From positions 1-10,584 of the forward strand of contig JBDRBN010000129.1 in assembly GCA_043822785.1 (NCBI GenBank): DNA of 10,584 nucleotides. The letters run 5' to 3'. The DNA is from Pseudomonadota bacterium. Its GTDB lineage: Bacteria > UBA10199 > 2-02-FULL-44-16 > JAAZCA01. This document shows, one piece after another, positions 1-6,766 of the stretch. The number at the start of each line of letters is the position of its first letter. Positions within the stretch are counted from its first letter, which is position 1. The position numbers and the translations under genes are program-made. Under the pieces are notes generated by a model, which saw nothing but the letters and a program-made list of their open reading frames with translations, had not been told where the DNA came from and made no database searches.

Positions 1-16
1 TTTTCTCATGTCTAGG

Positions 17-102
17 TGTCATTGCGAGGAGCGTTTAGCGACGAAGCAATCTCCCGCAAACACAGGTTATAAGGGGATTGCTTCGCTTTGCTCGCAATGA
101 CA
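17..102. repeat. REP-like paired palindromic element, copy 1 (TGTC-tagged)
   Basis: TGTCATTGCGAG-N14-GAAGCAATCTC, a 20-nt spacer, then GGGATTGCTTC-N6-CTCGCAATGACA. Perfect 12-bp terminal inverted repeats. The same element recurs at 648, 2431 and 4301. Confidence 0.93.
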
Positions 103-140
103 TCCATGAAAAACATGCAGTTCTAACGCAACAACAGTGC

Positions 141-253
141 AGGCACCAAACTCCAAATAAATTCCAAACTCCAAATTCCAAACAAAAACCGTATGTTTTG
201 GTTATTCGGTCATTGGAATTTGGAGTTTATTTGGTATTTGGAGTTTGGAATTT
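141..253. repeat. Inverted array of degenerate heptamer repeats (AAAYTCC-type)
   Basis: Left arm: AGGCACC AAACTCC AAAT AAATTCC AAACTCC AAATTCC AAAC (141-183). Right arm as reverse complement (253 toward 196): AAATTCC AAACTCC AAATACC AAAT AAACTCC AAATTCC AATGACC GAATAACC. It ends 2 nt from the lapA stop codon. Confidence 0.9.
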
Positions 254-255
254 AA

Positions 256-609
256 TCAGTCTTCCTTCTTTTCTTCCTTTGGCAAATCCGACCTATCCGA
301 GAGCTGTCTCACCACCATGAGCTCTCGTTCGAGTTGGCGTATCTTTTTGTTCTTTGAACGGATCTCAAGGGTCTTAAAGAAAGAAGGAAGGGCTTCGAGA
401 AGAGCTATTGCGACCATGCCTGCAGAAAACGCCATGAGCAGCACAAAACCCATTGGAAGAGGAACTGATTTAAGAGCCATCATATAGGGAATGTTGAACT
501 TAAATACGATCCTATATCCAAATACTGTGCTATCTAAATTACAATAGATAAAATTGAGAAGCACGAAAAACAAAAACGCCATAACACATGCGAATATCAG
601 TTTTTTCAT
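256..609 (-). CDS. lapA: LapA family (lipopolysaccharide assembly protein A / DUF1049-like) membrane protein, 117 aa
   Basis: Two hydrophobic segments (LIFACVMAFLFFVLLNFIYCN; LPMGFVLLMAFSAGMVAIALL) followed by a basic coiled coil (KNKKIRQLEREL), downstream of ihfB. Start moved from 672 to ATG 609, which has GAGG upstream. The extra 21 codons of the ORF track begin inside the palindromic repeat. Confidence 0.75.
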   Translation of the reverse strand: MKKLIFACVMAFLFFVLLNFIYCNLDSTVFGYRIVFKFNIPYMMALKSVPLPMGFVLLMAFSAGMVAIALLEALPSFFKTLEIRSKNKKIRQLERELMVVRQLSDRSDLPKEEKKED

Positions 610-647
610 GATTGCCTCTGGCTCACTATCTGAAATTTCTGTTGAGC

Positions 648-732
648 TGTCATTGCGAGCGAAGCGAAGCAATCTCCGTCAAACCTCTTATTGCTGGGAT
701 TGCTTCGTCGACTTCGTCTCCTCGCAATGACA
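648..732. repeat. REP-like paired palindromic element, copy 2
   Basis: TGTCATTGCGAG-CGAAGC-GAAGCAATCTC, a 19-nt spacer, then GGGATTGCTTC-N14-CTCGCAATGACA. Lies between the HIT gene and lapA. Confidence 0.93.
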
Positions 733-739
733 ATACTAA

Positions 740-1234
740 CTACTCTATTTTCTTAAATTCCCCTATCAGCCTATTATACGTATCTTCAAGATACTCCGGC
801 ATTGAGCGCGTATCGCCTATGATCGGCAAAAAATTTGCATCACCGCACCAGCGTGGCACAACATGAAGGTGTATGTGCTCTTTGATGCCGGCGCCGGCCA
901 CTGCCCCTATATTAAACCCGCAGTTAAAACCTTCGGCCTCCAACGCCTTTTGCATAATTCTTACGGACTCAGAGCAAATCCTCATCATCTCTGCATTCTC
1001 TTCATCACTGAGCTCTGCAAGAGAACCAGTATGCTTGTAGGGCACGATCATCAGATGGCCGTTGTTATAGGGAAACCGATTCATTACTGCATAACACAAC
1101 TTGCCGCGGTGTAGGATCAGCCGCTTTCCATCATCACCCTCTAAAGCGAGTTCACAGAATAAGCAGCCTGTGCCCTTTAAGCGAAGCTCTTCGATGAACT
1201 TCATGCGCCAGGGCGCCCACAGATGCTCCATCAT
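740..1234 (-). CDS. HIT family hydrolase (Fhit-like diadenosine polyphosphate hydrolase/phosphorylase)
   Basis: LWAPWR N-terminus, CLFC, NRFPYNNGHLMIVP, GFNxGxNxGxxAGAG and the histidine triad HIHLHVVPRW. The start overlaps the ihfB stop (ATGATG), so the true start is 1234 or 1231. Confidence 0.93.
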   Translation of the reverse strand: MMEHLWAPWRMKFIEELRLKGTGCLFCELALEGDDGKRLILHRGKLCYAVMNRFPYNNGHLMIVPYKHTGSLAELSDEENAEMMRICSESVRIMQKALEAEGFNCGFNIGAVAGAGIKEHIHLHVVPRWCGDANFLPIIGDTRSMPEYLEDTYNRLIGEFKKIE

Positions 1235-1515
1235 TCGCTCCTGTTGACGCGCTCGCGCAATTCTTTCCCGACTTTGAAGAAGGGAACCATGCGCTCGCCC
1301 ACGTCAACAGCCATGCCGGTCTTAGGGTTACGGCCTAATCTAGGCTTGCGAACGCGCACTTCAAAGCTGCCAAAACCGCGAATTTCGATTCGCTCATTTT
1401 TACCAAGGGCATCGGTCATACTCTCAAAGACCGTGTTGACTATGACTTCCACATCCCTGCTCGCAAGGTTTGGAAGCCGCTTGGCAAGCATTTCGATCAA
1501 ATCACTCTTATTCAA
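1231..1515 (-). CDS. ihfB: Integration host factor subunit beta
   Basis: MNKSDLIE, RIEIRGFGSF, GRNPKTG, VPFFKVGKELRERVN. The TTG start overlaps the sppA stop (TTGA) and is preceded by a strong SD, AAAGGAGG. Confidence 0.95.
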   Translation of the reverse strand: MNKSDLIEMLAKRLPNLASRDVEVIVNTVFESMTDALGKNERIEIRGFGSFEVRVRKPRLGRNPKTGMAVDVGERMVPFFKVGKELRERVNRSE

Positions 1516-2417
1516 GGCTGTCCTCCTTTCCTAAGTGCCATCATTGGCTGCCAATATTCCACTGAAACTCGTGTTAGATCTTCGACTGTAGATTTTGCTT
1601 CCTCAACCAAACGCATGAACCACATCTTGGTCTTTCGGGGATAATAGAGCTTTGGCTCACCTTTAATACCCCCAAGTTCTGCTGCAAGCTTTATGGCCTC
1701 TGCAAAACCGCCTATTCTATCTACTAGTCCAAGATTAATAGCCTCTTGCCCGGTATAGATGCGTCCATCAGCCAGCTCATCTACATCTTTCATGTCAAGA
1801 TTTCTGGCCTGGGCTACTGCATCTTTGAATTGCTGGTGCATGTTTGCAAGCACGCCCTCTAAGAGTTCGCGATCAGAAGGCGAAAGGGGTCGATCAAATG
1901 AACCAAGATCTTTAAATTTACCGCTCTTTAAGGTTTCGTGGCCAATTTTTGCCCAGTTGAGAAGTCCGCCGACGTTAATGTGCTCCATTCTTACGCCGAT
2001 CGAGCCGGTTATGGTTCCGGGATTGGCAAGAATCTGCTTGGCACCCAGAGCAACGTAATAACCACCGCTGGCTGCCACAGAGCCCATAGAGGCAACTACC
2101 GGCTTTTCCTCTGCCAACATCTTCACAGCCTCTAGGATCTCTTGCGATGCGCCTACAGAACCGCCTGGGGATTCTATGCGAAGTACTACGCTTGCAACTG
2201 AGCCATCTTTCCTGACGTTCTCGATATCTTCGATGGCCTCATCTGAGGAGAGTATGGCGCCTTCGACTTTTACCACACCGATCCTGCCGCCCTTAAGAAA
2301 GGAAAACGAGGAGTGTTCTTCACCTGTAGACATGACATAGGAGACAACGCCAAACATAAAGGCAAGCCCTAAAATTACGAATGCAATGAGCAGTATGTAT
2401 AGCCACGTATGTTTCAT
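1512..2417 (-). CDS. sppA: Signal peptide peptidase SppA, short (36K-type) form, peptidase S49
   Basis: N-terminal TM anchor, LRIESPGG, KPVVASMGSVAASGGYY (catalytic Ser), TITGSIGV, KSGKFKD (catalytic Lys), DGRIYTGQEA..LGLVD. Confidence 0.95.
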   Translation of the reverse strand: MKHTWLYILLIAFVILGLAFMFGVVSYVMSTGEEHSSFSFLKGGRIGVVKVEGAILSSDEAIEDIENVRKDGSVASVVLRIESPGGSVGASQEILEAVKMLAEEKPVVASMGSVAASGGYYVALGAKQILANPGTITGSIGVRMEHINVGGLLNWAKIGHETLKSGKFKDLGSFDRPLSPSDRELLEGVLANMHQQFKDAVAQARNLDMKDVDELADGRIYTGQEAINLGLVDRIGGFAEAIKLAAELGGIKGEPKLYYPRKTKMWFMRLVEEAKSTVEDLTRVSVEYWQPMMALRKGGQP

Positions 2418-2430
2418 AATGAAATTTCAG

Positions 2431-2465
2431 GAGATTGCTTCGTCACTCCGCTCCTCGCAATGACA
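2431..2465. repeat. Single arm of the REP-like element, copy 3
   Basis: GAGATTGCTTC-GTCACTCCGCTC-CTCGCAATGACA with no partner arm. Fills most of the 50-nt rpsA-sppA gap. Confidence 0.9.
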
Positions 2466-2467
2466 TA

Positions 2468-4045
2468 CTACTCCTTTGATATGCCGAGGATAAAACGCCG
2501 CTCGCGAGTATTAGCCTGCTTAACCGTCACATTGATCTCATCGCCTTCGCTTAGCTCCTTGCCGCCTTCATCCTCTAAAATCACGCCTTCGACGCCTTCT
2601 TCCAACTGCACGATGGCGCCAACGCTTCTTTTTGCAACTACCTTGCCCTTGCCAGTCCACCCTTCATTGTATGAAGCATTTATTTTTTCCCATGGATCAT
2701 CTTCAAGCTGCTTAAGTCCTAAGGAGAAGCGTTCATTCTGCGGATCAACGTGCAACACTACAGCCTCGACCTCGTCGCCCTTCTTAAAGAGATCTGAAGG
2801 ATGGCCAAAGTTTTGCACCCAAGCAATATCGGATATGTGAACAAGACCGTCGATATCAGAGTGAACTTCTACGAAAACCCCAAAATCAGCGATATTGCGG
2901 ATAGGACCTTTTACCTTGCTGCCGATCGGGTAATTCTCTTCAATGCTTTCCCATGGATTAGGCTCAATCTGCTTAAGACCCAGGGAAATGCGCTTGGCAG
3001 GTGTATCTACGTCCAACACGATGGCATCCACCTGCTCGCCCACGCTCAAAAGCTTTGAAGGATGCTTTATCTTCTTTGTCCAGCTCATTTCAGATATATG
3101 AATGAGACCTTCTACGCCGTCTTCCAGCGCTACAAACGCGCCATAGTCGGTAAGGCTTACGATCTTTCCTGTAATGCGCGAACCCACAGGATAGGTTTTT
3201 TCAACATTTACCCAAGGATCTTGCTGCAGTTGTTTAAGTCCCAGGCTCACTTTCTGTGAGTCTGGGTCAAACTTGAGAACTGCTACACGGATCTCGTCGC
3301 CTACAGAAAACATTTCGGAAGGATGGCCAATGCGGCCCCAAGTCATGTCAGTAACATGAAGCAGGCCATCGATGCCGCCCAAATCCACAAACACGCCGTA
3401 TTCGGTGACATTCTTTACGATGCCATCAAATACCTGCCCTTCAGCTAGGTTTGCAACTGTGGCATCGCGCATGGACTCACGTTCTTTTTCAAGCACAACT
3501 TTACGCGAAAGAACCACATTTCCGCGGCGTTTGTTGAGTTTTATGATCTTAAACTTGTATGTATTTCCCACATACTTATCTAGGTTTCTAACAGGTCTTA
3601 GATCCACCTGCGAGCCTGGCAAAAACGCCCTGACTCCGATATCTACAGAAAGACCGCCCTTTACCTTTGTTACAACTGTGCCCTCTATCTCGCCGTCCTT
3701 TTCAACGACCTCTGAAAGGATATCCCAAGTGCGCATGGTATCAGCGCGCTCTTTAGACAGAACCATCATGCCGTTTTCATCCTCAACCTTTTCAAGGATC
3801 ACATCAATCTCATCGCCCTCCTTTGTTGTGAGTTCATTGCGAGGGTTTTTGAATTCTTCGATAGGAACTTGGCCTTCAGATTTGAAGCCTATATCCACGA
3901 TTACATAGTCTTTAGTGATACGGACCACTTTGCCTTTTACTATCTGGCCTTCCTTTAGAGTGATCTTCTTTGTACTCTCATCAAAAAGCCTAGCAAACTC
4001 GCTATTTTTCTGCTTTTGGGTGGGTTCGATATGGACTGCACACAT
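2468..4045 (-). CDS. rpsA: 30S ribosomal protein S1, 525 aa
   Basis: Tandem S1 domains (VDIGFKSEG; KVKGGL..AFLPGSQVD; YGVFVDLGGIDGLLHVTDMTW; YGAFVALEDGVEGLIHISEMSW; FGVFVE..IDGLVHISD) and a shorter, divergent sixth domain. Start set at ATG 4045 because AAGGAGG lies at 4062-4056. The ORF-track TTG at 4180 is the -35 box of the promoter. Confidence 0.97.
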   Translation of the reverse strand: MCAVHIEPTQKQKNSEFARLFDESTKKITLKEGQIVKGKVVRITKDYVIVDIGFKSEGQVPIEEFKNPRNELTTKEGDEIDVILEKVEDENGMMVLSKERADTMRTWDILSEVVEKDGEIEGTVVTKVKGGLSVDIGVRAFLPGSQVDLRPVRNLDKYVGNTYKFKIIKLNKRRGNVVLSRKVVLEKERESMRDATVANLAEGQVFDGIVKNVTEYGVFVDLGGIDGLLHVTDMTWGRIGHPSEMFSVGDEIRVAVLKFDPDSQKVSLGLKQLQQDPWVNVEKTYPVGSRITGKIVSLTDYGAFVALEDGVEGLIHISEMSWTKKIKHPSKLLSVGEQVDAIVLDVDTPAKRISLGLKQIEPNPWESIEENYPIGSKVKGPIRNIADFGVFVEVHSDIDGLVHISDIAWVQNFGHPSDLFKKGDEVEAVVLHVDPQNERFSLGLKQLEDDPWEKINASYNEGWTGKGKVVAKRSVGAIVQLEEGVEGVILEDEGGKELSEGDEINVTVKQANTRERRFILGISKE

Positions 4046-4075
4046 ATTGGTACTTCCTCCTTTTCCCTTTAAAAT

Positions 4076-4103
4076 TGAGGGGTCAGAGTATTTTGACCCC
4101 TCA
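4076..4103 (-). promoter_or_regulatory. Perfect 10-bp hairpin in the rpsA 5' leader
   Basis: TGAGGGGTCA-N8-TGACCCCTCA, followed on the mRNA by AUUUUAAA and then the SD. The regulatory role is inferred from position only. Confidence 0.6.
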
Positions 4104-4125
4104 TCCTGAGCGAAGTCGAAGGATC
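4100..4125. repeat. Variant REP-like arm (ATCCT/AGGAT stem)
   Basis: CTCATCCT-GAGCGAAGTCGA-AGGATC has the same architecture as GTCATTGC-GAGCGAAGCGAA-GCAATC, with a different but still complementary 5-bp stem. Confidence 0.65.
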
Positions 4126-4151
4126 CCCTAGGATCCCTTTTGAGGTTGGCG

Positions 4152-4180
4152 ACCATAGATATTGCAGGTACGTTTGTCAA
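4152..4180 (-). promoter_or_regulatory. Sigma70-type promoter of the rpsA operon
   Basis: TTGACA (4180-4175), 17 nt, TATGGT (4157-4152). A-rich upstream tract (AAGAAACAAAACAA) and GC-rich discriminator (CGCCAAC). Predicted TSS near 4145. Confidence 0.8.
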
Positions 4181-4300
4181 AGGAATTGTTTTGTTTCTTA
4201 ATGGGTTATAGGAGATAGGCGGAGATAACAGCCGTTACTGCACTTGCACGACCTTCCACTTTCGTAAACTACTCGCATTTGGCTGAAAAATAGGGTAATT

Positions 4301-4374
4301 TGTCATTGCGAGCAAAGCGAAGCAATCTCCTGAATTTCGGAGATTGCTTCGTCACTTCGTGACTCGCAATGACA
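4301..4374. repeat. REP-like paired palindromic element, copy 4
   Basis: TGTCATTGCGAG-CAAAGC-GAAGCAATCTC-CTGAATTTCG-GAGATTGCTTC-GTCACTTCGTGA-CTCGCAATGACA. An extra CTCGCAAT fragment follows at 4384-4391. Confidence 0.93.
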
Positions 4375-4401
4375 GCCAGCGGTCTCGCAATAGGGAGGAA
4401 C

Positions 4402-5457
4402 ATGAGTTCTAACAAGGACATCTCGATTCTGGACGTAACCATTCGTGACGGCAGTTATGCGATAAACTATCAGTATACGCCCGAACAAGTGTCTGACGTA
4501 GCTTCTGCCCTGGATGAAGCAGGTATAGATTTTATCGAAGTTAGCCACGGATGTGGACTTGGAGCTGGTGAAAATCTTGGGCTTTTAGCTAAAGCGAGCG
4601 ATGCCGAATATGTGCTGGCTGCCAAAAAGGAAGCAAAACATAGTAAGATTGGTGTAATAGCCGGCGGACCCCCTGTTACGTTTGAAAGGGATATAGATAC
4701 CATAATCGATGATGTCGATTTTATAAGGTTTGCTGCCAACTGCGATAATCCCCGCACAATTGAGGCAAATATCAAGTATGCGCGGAAAAAGAGACCTGAT
4801 CTCATGATATTCGTGCAGCTCATGCGCTGTACCCGCAGGCCCAAATCAGTGATCCTGGAATCCGCAAAACAGGCAGCAGACATGGGCGTGGATGTGCTCT
4901 ATGTTGTGGATACTGCAGGTCATTTCTTGCCTGAAGAGGTTTCTGAGATCGTAGATTTGTTGGTGGCAAAGAGCGGAATTGGCATTGGGTTTCATGGGCA
5001 TAACAACCTGGGGCTAGCCATTGCCAACACGCTTGCTGCCATCAAGGCTGGGGCATGCTCTGTGGATGCAAGCCTCAGAGGCATGGGTCGTGCAGGCGGC
5101 AATGCCCAGCTCGAAGCCCTTGTATCTTTGCTGCACCGCATGGGATTGGCAAAGTCTGTGGACCTTGATCTGCTCGCAGCCTGTGCCCAAGGAATTATCG
5201 AGCCCATAATGCCGCGCACAGCAGGCATTGCAGAAATCGATGTTCTGACCGGTGACGCAAACATAGATCTGTATCCAATCGAGTTCTATCAAAGGATTGC
5301 AAAGTCAGCTGCCCTTCCGCTTTTGGATCTTATTAGAGAGCTTGGCAATGACGATAAAGCAGTAGAGGCAGATCTTGATGCAATACAGCGAGCTCTGGAA
5401 AATCTAGGAGCTGATGCAGATAAAGTTCTCAAGTCTGTGGGTATTATAAAAAGATAA
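4402..5457 (+). CDS. DRE-TIM metallolyase, 4-hydroxy-2-oxovalerate aldolase (DmpG)-like, 351 aa; substrate uncertain
   Basis: ILDVTIRDGSY, IEVSHGCGLG, YVVDTAG, metal-binding GFHGHNNLGLAIAN, DASLRGMGRAGGNAQLE, and a DmpG-like helical C-terminal domain. ATG 4402 has the SD GGGAGG; the ORF-track ATG at 4369 lies inside the repeat. Confidence 0.85.
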   Translation: MSSNKDISILDVTIRDGSYAINYQYTPEQVSDVASALDEAGIDFIEVSHGCGLGAGENLGLLAKASDAEYVLAAKKEAKHSKIGVIAGGPPVTFERDIDTIIDDVDFIRFAANCDNPRTIEANIKYARKKRPDLMIFVQLMRCTRRPKSVILESAKQAADMGVDVLYVVDTAGHFLPEEVSEIVDLLVAKSGIGIGFHGHNNLGLAIANTLAAIKAGACSVDASLRGMGRAGGNAQLEALVSLLHRMGLAKSVDLDLLAACAQGIIEPIMPRTAGIAEIDVLTGDANIDLYPIEFYQRIAKSAALPLLDLIRELGNDDKAVEADLDAIQRALENLGADADKVLKSVGIIKR

Positions 5458-5463
5458 AAAGAC

Positions 5464-6729
5464 TTATTCCTTAGTTTCTTCCAAAACGGCTTTGCAGATA
5501 TATTTTGCATCCTCATCAGAAATCTTGGTGTGAAACGGCAGAAACGTTATGCGTTCTTTTATAGATTCGGTGAGTGGGAGGGCGGCTTTTGAACCTGCGT
5601 AGATGCCTTGCATGTGAAGCACATGCCACAAGCCGAGCATAATATTATATTTCTCATATAGTTTTTTTGCTAGAGACGCCCTGTCTTTCACCAGGATTGG
5701 ATAATGGGTCATGACAGTTTCGTCATCAACTTGCTGCAGCACGATGGATCCATCCTTAACACCAGAGGAAAGTAGTTCATCGTACAGCATCTTGAGCTTG
5801 CGGCGACGATCAAATATCTGCTCGTGCCTCTTTAACATCTCTTTGGCTATAACCGCACTCATGGCGTTCATCTTTATGTTTGCACCATGTGTATCCAGCT
5901 CTTCTGGATTGATTAGGCTTGCGCCCTGGTATGCTATGTTCATCACCCTGTTCAAAAAGCCTCCATCATTTGTGCAAAATATAGCACCGCCCAAGCCAGA
6001 GATGATTTTTGAAATAGCCAGGCTAAACACAGTGGAACCACCCTTGCCTATATTGATAAAGCCAGGATGCATGCCGCGAAGCGTAGAGCCAATGGCAAGG
6101 GAAGCGTCTTGAATGAGAGGGATATCAAGCCCGCGCCTTTTTATGATGTCATAGAAGGGCTCTATATCCACAAAACGGTTTACGTGCGTAAGGAGAATCG
6201 CTTTGGTCTTGTCGTTTATGGCTTTGTCTACCGATTCAGGATCCATACATAAGCTTTTGGCATCGATATCGACAAACCTTGGTGTAGCCCCTGCCAACAC
6301 AATGGAATTTGGCACTCCCACATAGTTGAGCGAGGTCGTGATGACCTCCCCCCCTTGCACATCAGCTGCTGAAAGCGCGGCAAAAAGTGCGCCCGTCGCT
6401 GATGCAAGCCCACCTACAAACAGAGGGATTTGATTTACACTCTGCTCTTTTGCAAAGCGCACAAGGAACTGGTCCTGGGGATTTACATTTTTGGTAATAA
6501 AGGCTGTGAATTGGTCGCACAGAAGCTTAATAGGGCCGCTTTGCAAACTTTGATAAGTGATATTGGACAGAATATCCTCTGATGTAAGCAGTGAAACAAC
6601 AGCAGCTATCTCAGAGCCATCTTCGCATTCTCCATTGCGATAAAGCTGGGCCAGCTCTTCTATGAGCTTGCCAGCACGACCTTTGCCAGCACTGATGTCC
6701 GGATGGATTAGGGTGTATTCCTTAGACAT
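5464..6729 (-). CDS. DegT/DnrJ/EryC1/StrS family PLP-dependent aminotransferase, divergent
   Basis: SATGALFAAL, GGEVITTSLNY, AGATPRFVDID, INDKTKAILLTH, LIQDAS (PLP Asp), FSLAISKII (Schiff-base Lys), GANIKM, ITFLPFH. Confidence 0.88.
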   Translation of the reverse strand: MSKEYTLIHPDISAGKGRAGKLIEELAQLYRNGECEDGSEIAAVVSLLTSEDILSNITYQSLQSGPIKLLCDQFTAFITKNVNPQDQFLVRFAKEQSVNQIPLFVGGLASATGALFAALSAADVQGGEVITTSLNYVGVPNSIVLAGATPRFVDIDAKSLCMDPESVDKAINDKTKAILLTHVNRFVDIEPFYDIIKRRGLDIPLIQDASLAIGSTLRGMHPGFINIGKGGSTVFSLAISKIISGLGGAIFCTNDGGFLNRVMNIAYQGASLINPEELDTHGANIKMNAMSAVIAKEMLKRHEQIFDRRRKLKMLYDELLSSGVKDGSIVLQQVDDETVMTHYPILVKDRASLAKKLYEKYNIMLGLWHVLHMQGIYAGSKAALPLTESIKERITFLPFHTKISDEDAKYICKAVLEETKE

Positions 6730-6738
6730 ATTATTTGT

Positions 6739-6766
6739 AATGTAGCATAATTGAATTTGTGATCAA
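6739..6766 (-). promoter_or_regulatory. Candidate extended -10 promoter for the aminotransferase
   Basis: TTGATC (6766-6761), 16 nt ending in TGC, then TACATT (6744-6739), 9 nt before ATG 6729. The spacer is AT-rich, so a chance match is possible. Confidence 0.4.

Noticed and set aside
1..9. Possible start (ATG AGA AAA, minus strand) of the next operon gene, e.g. a LapB-like TPR protein
   Set aside because: Only three codons are visible and there is no SD; it cannot be supported from this window.
78..320. 80-aa plus-strand ORF (MLRFARND...KFQTPNSK)
   Set aside because: It is a translation of the palindrome and the heptamer array and overlaps lapA on the opposite strand.
610..672. N-terminal extension of lapA in the ORF track
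   Set aside because: It starts at a TTG inside repeat copy 2; ATG 609 has an SD and gives a typical LapA N-terminus.
1759..4109. Plus-strand ORFs antisense to sppA and rpsA (e.g. 3372-3908, 2409-2840)
   Set aside because: Ser/Thr/Phe-rich antisense shadows of conserved genes with no recognisable motifs. The same applies to the antisense ORFs within 4470-9927.
4046..4180. 45-aa N-terminal extension of S1
   Set aside because: Its TTG is the -35 hexamer and the region is the hairpin leader; the strong SD points to ATG 4045.
4211..4270. GGAGATA x2, TAAC-N4-GTTA dyad and TTGCAC-N15-TAAACT as aldolase promoter elements
   Set aside because: The motifs are short and the 15-bp spacer is suboptimal; they are not distinguishable from chance.
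17..4374. CRISPR interpretation of the recurring 29-37-nt repeats
   Set aside because: The copies are inverted pairs scattered between genes, not direct repeats with regular spacers, and no cas genes are present.
4303..4548. 81-aa minus-strand ORF ending CHCESRSDEAIS, and the similar ORF at 612-866
   Set aside because: Shadow ORFs made of repeat translation plus the antisense of real genes.
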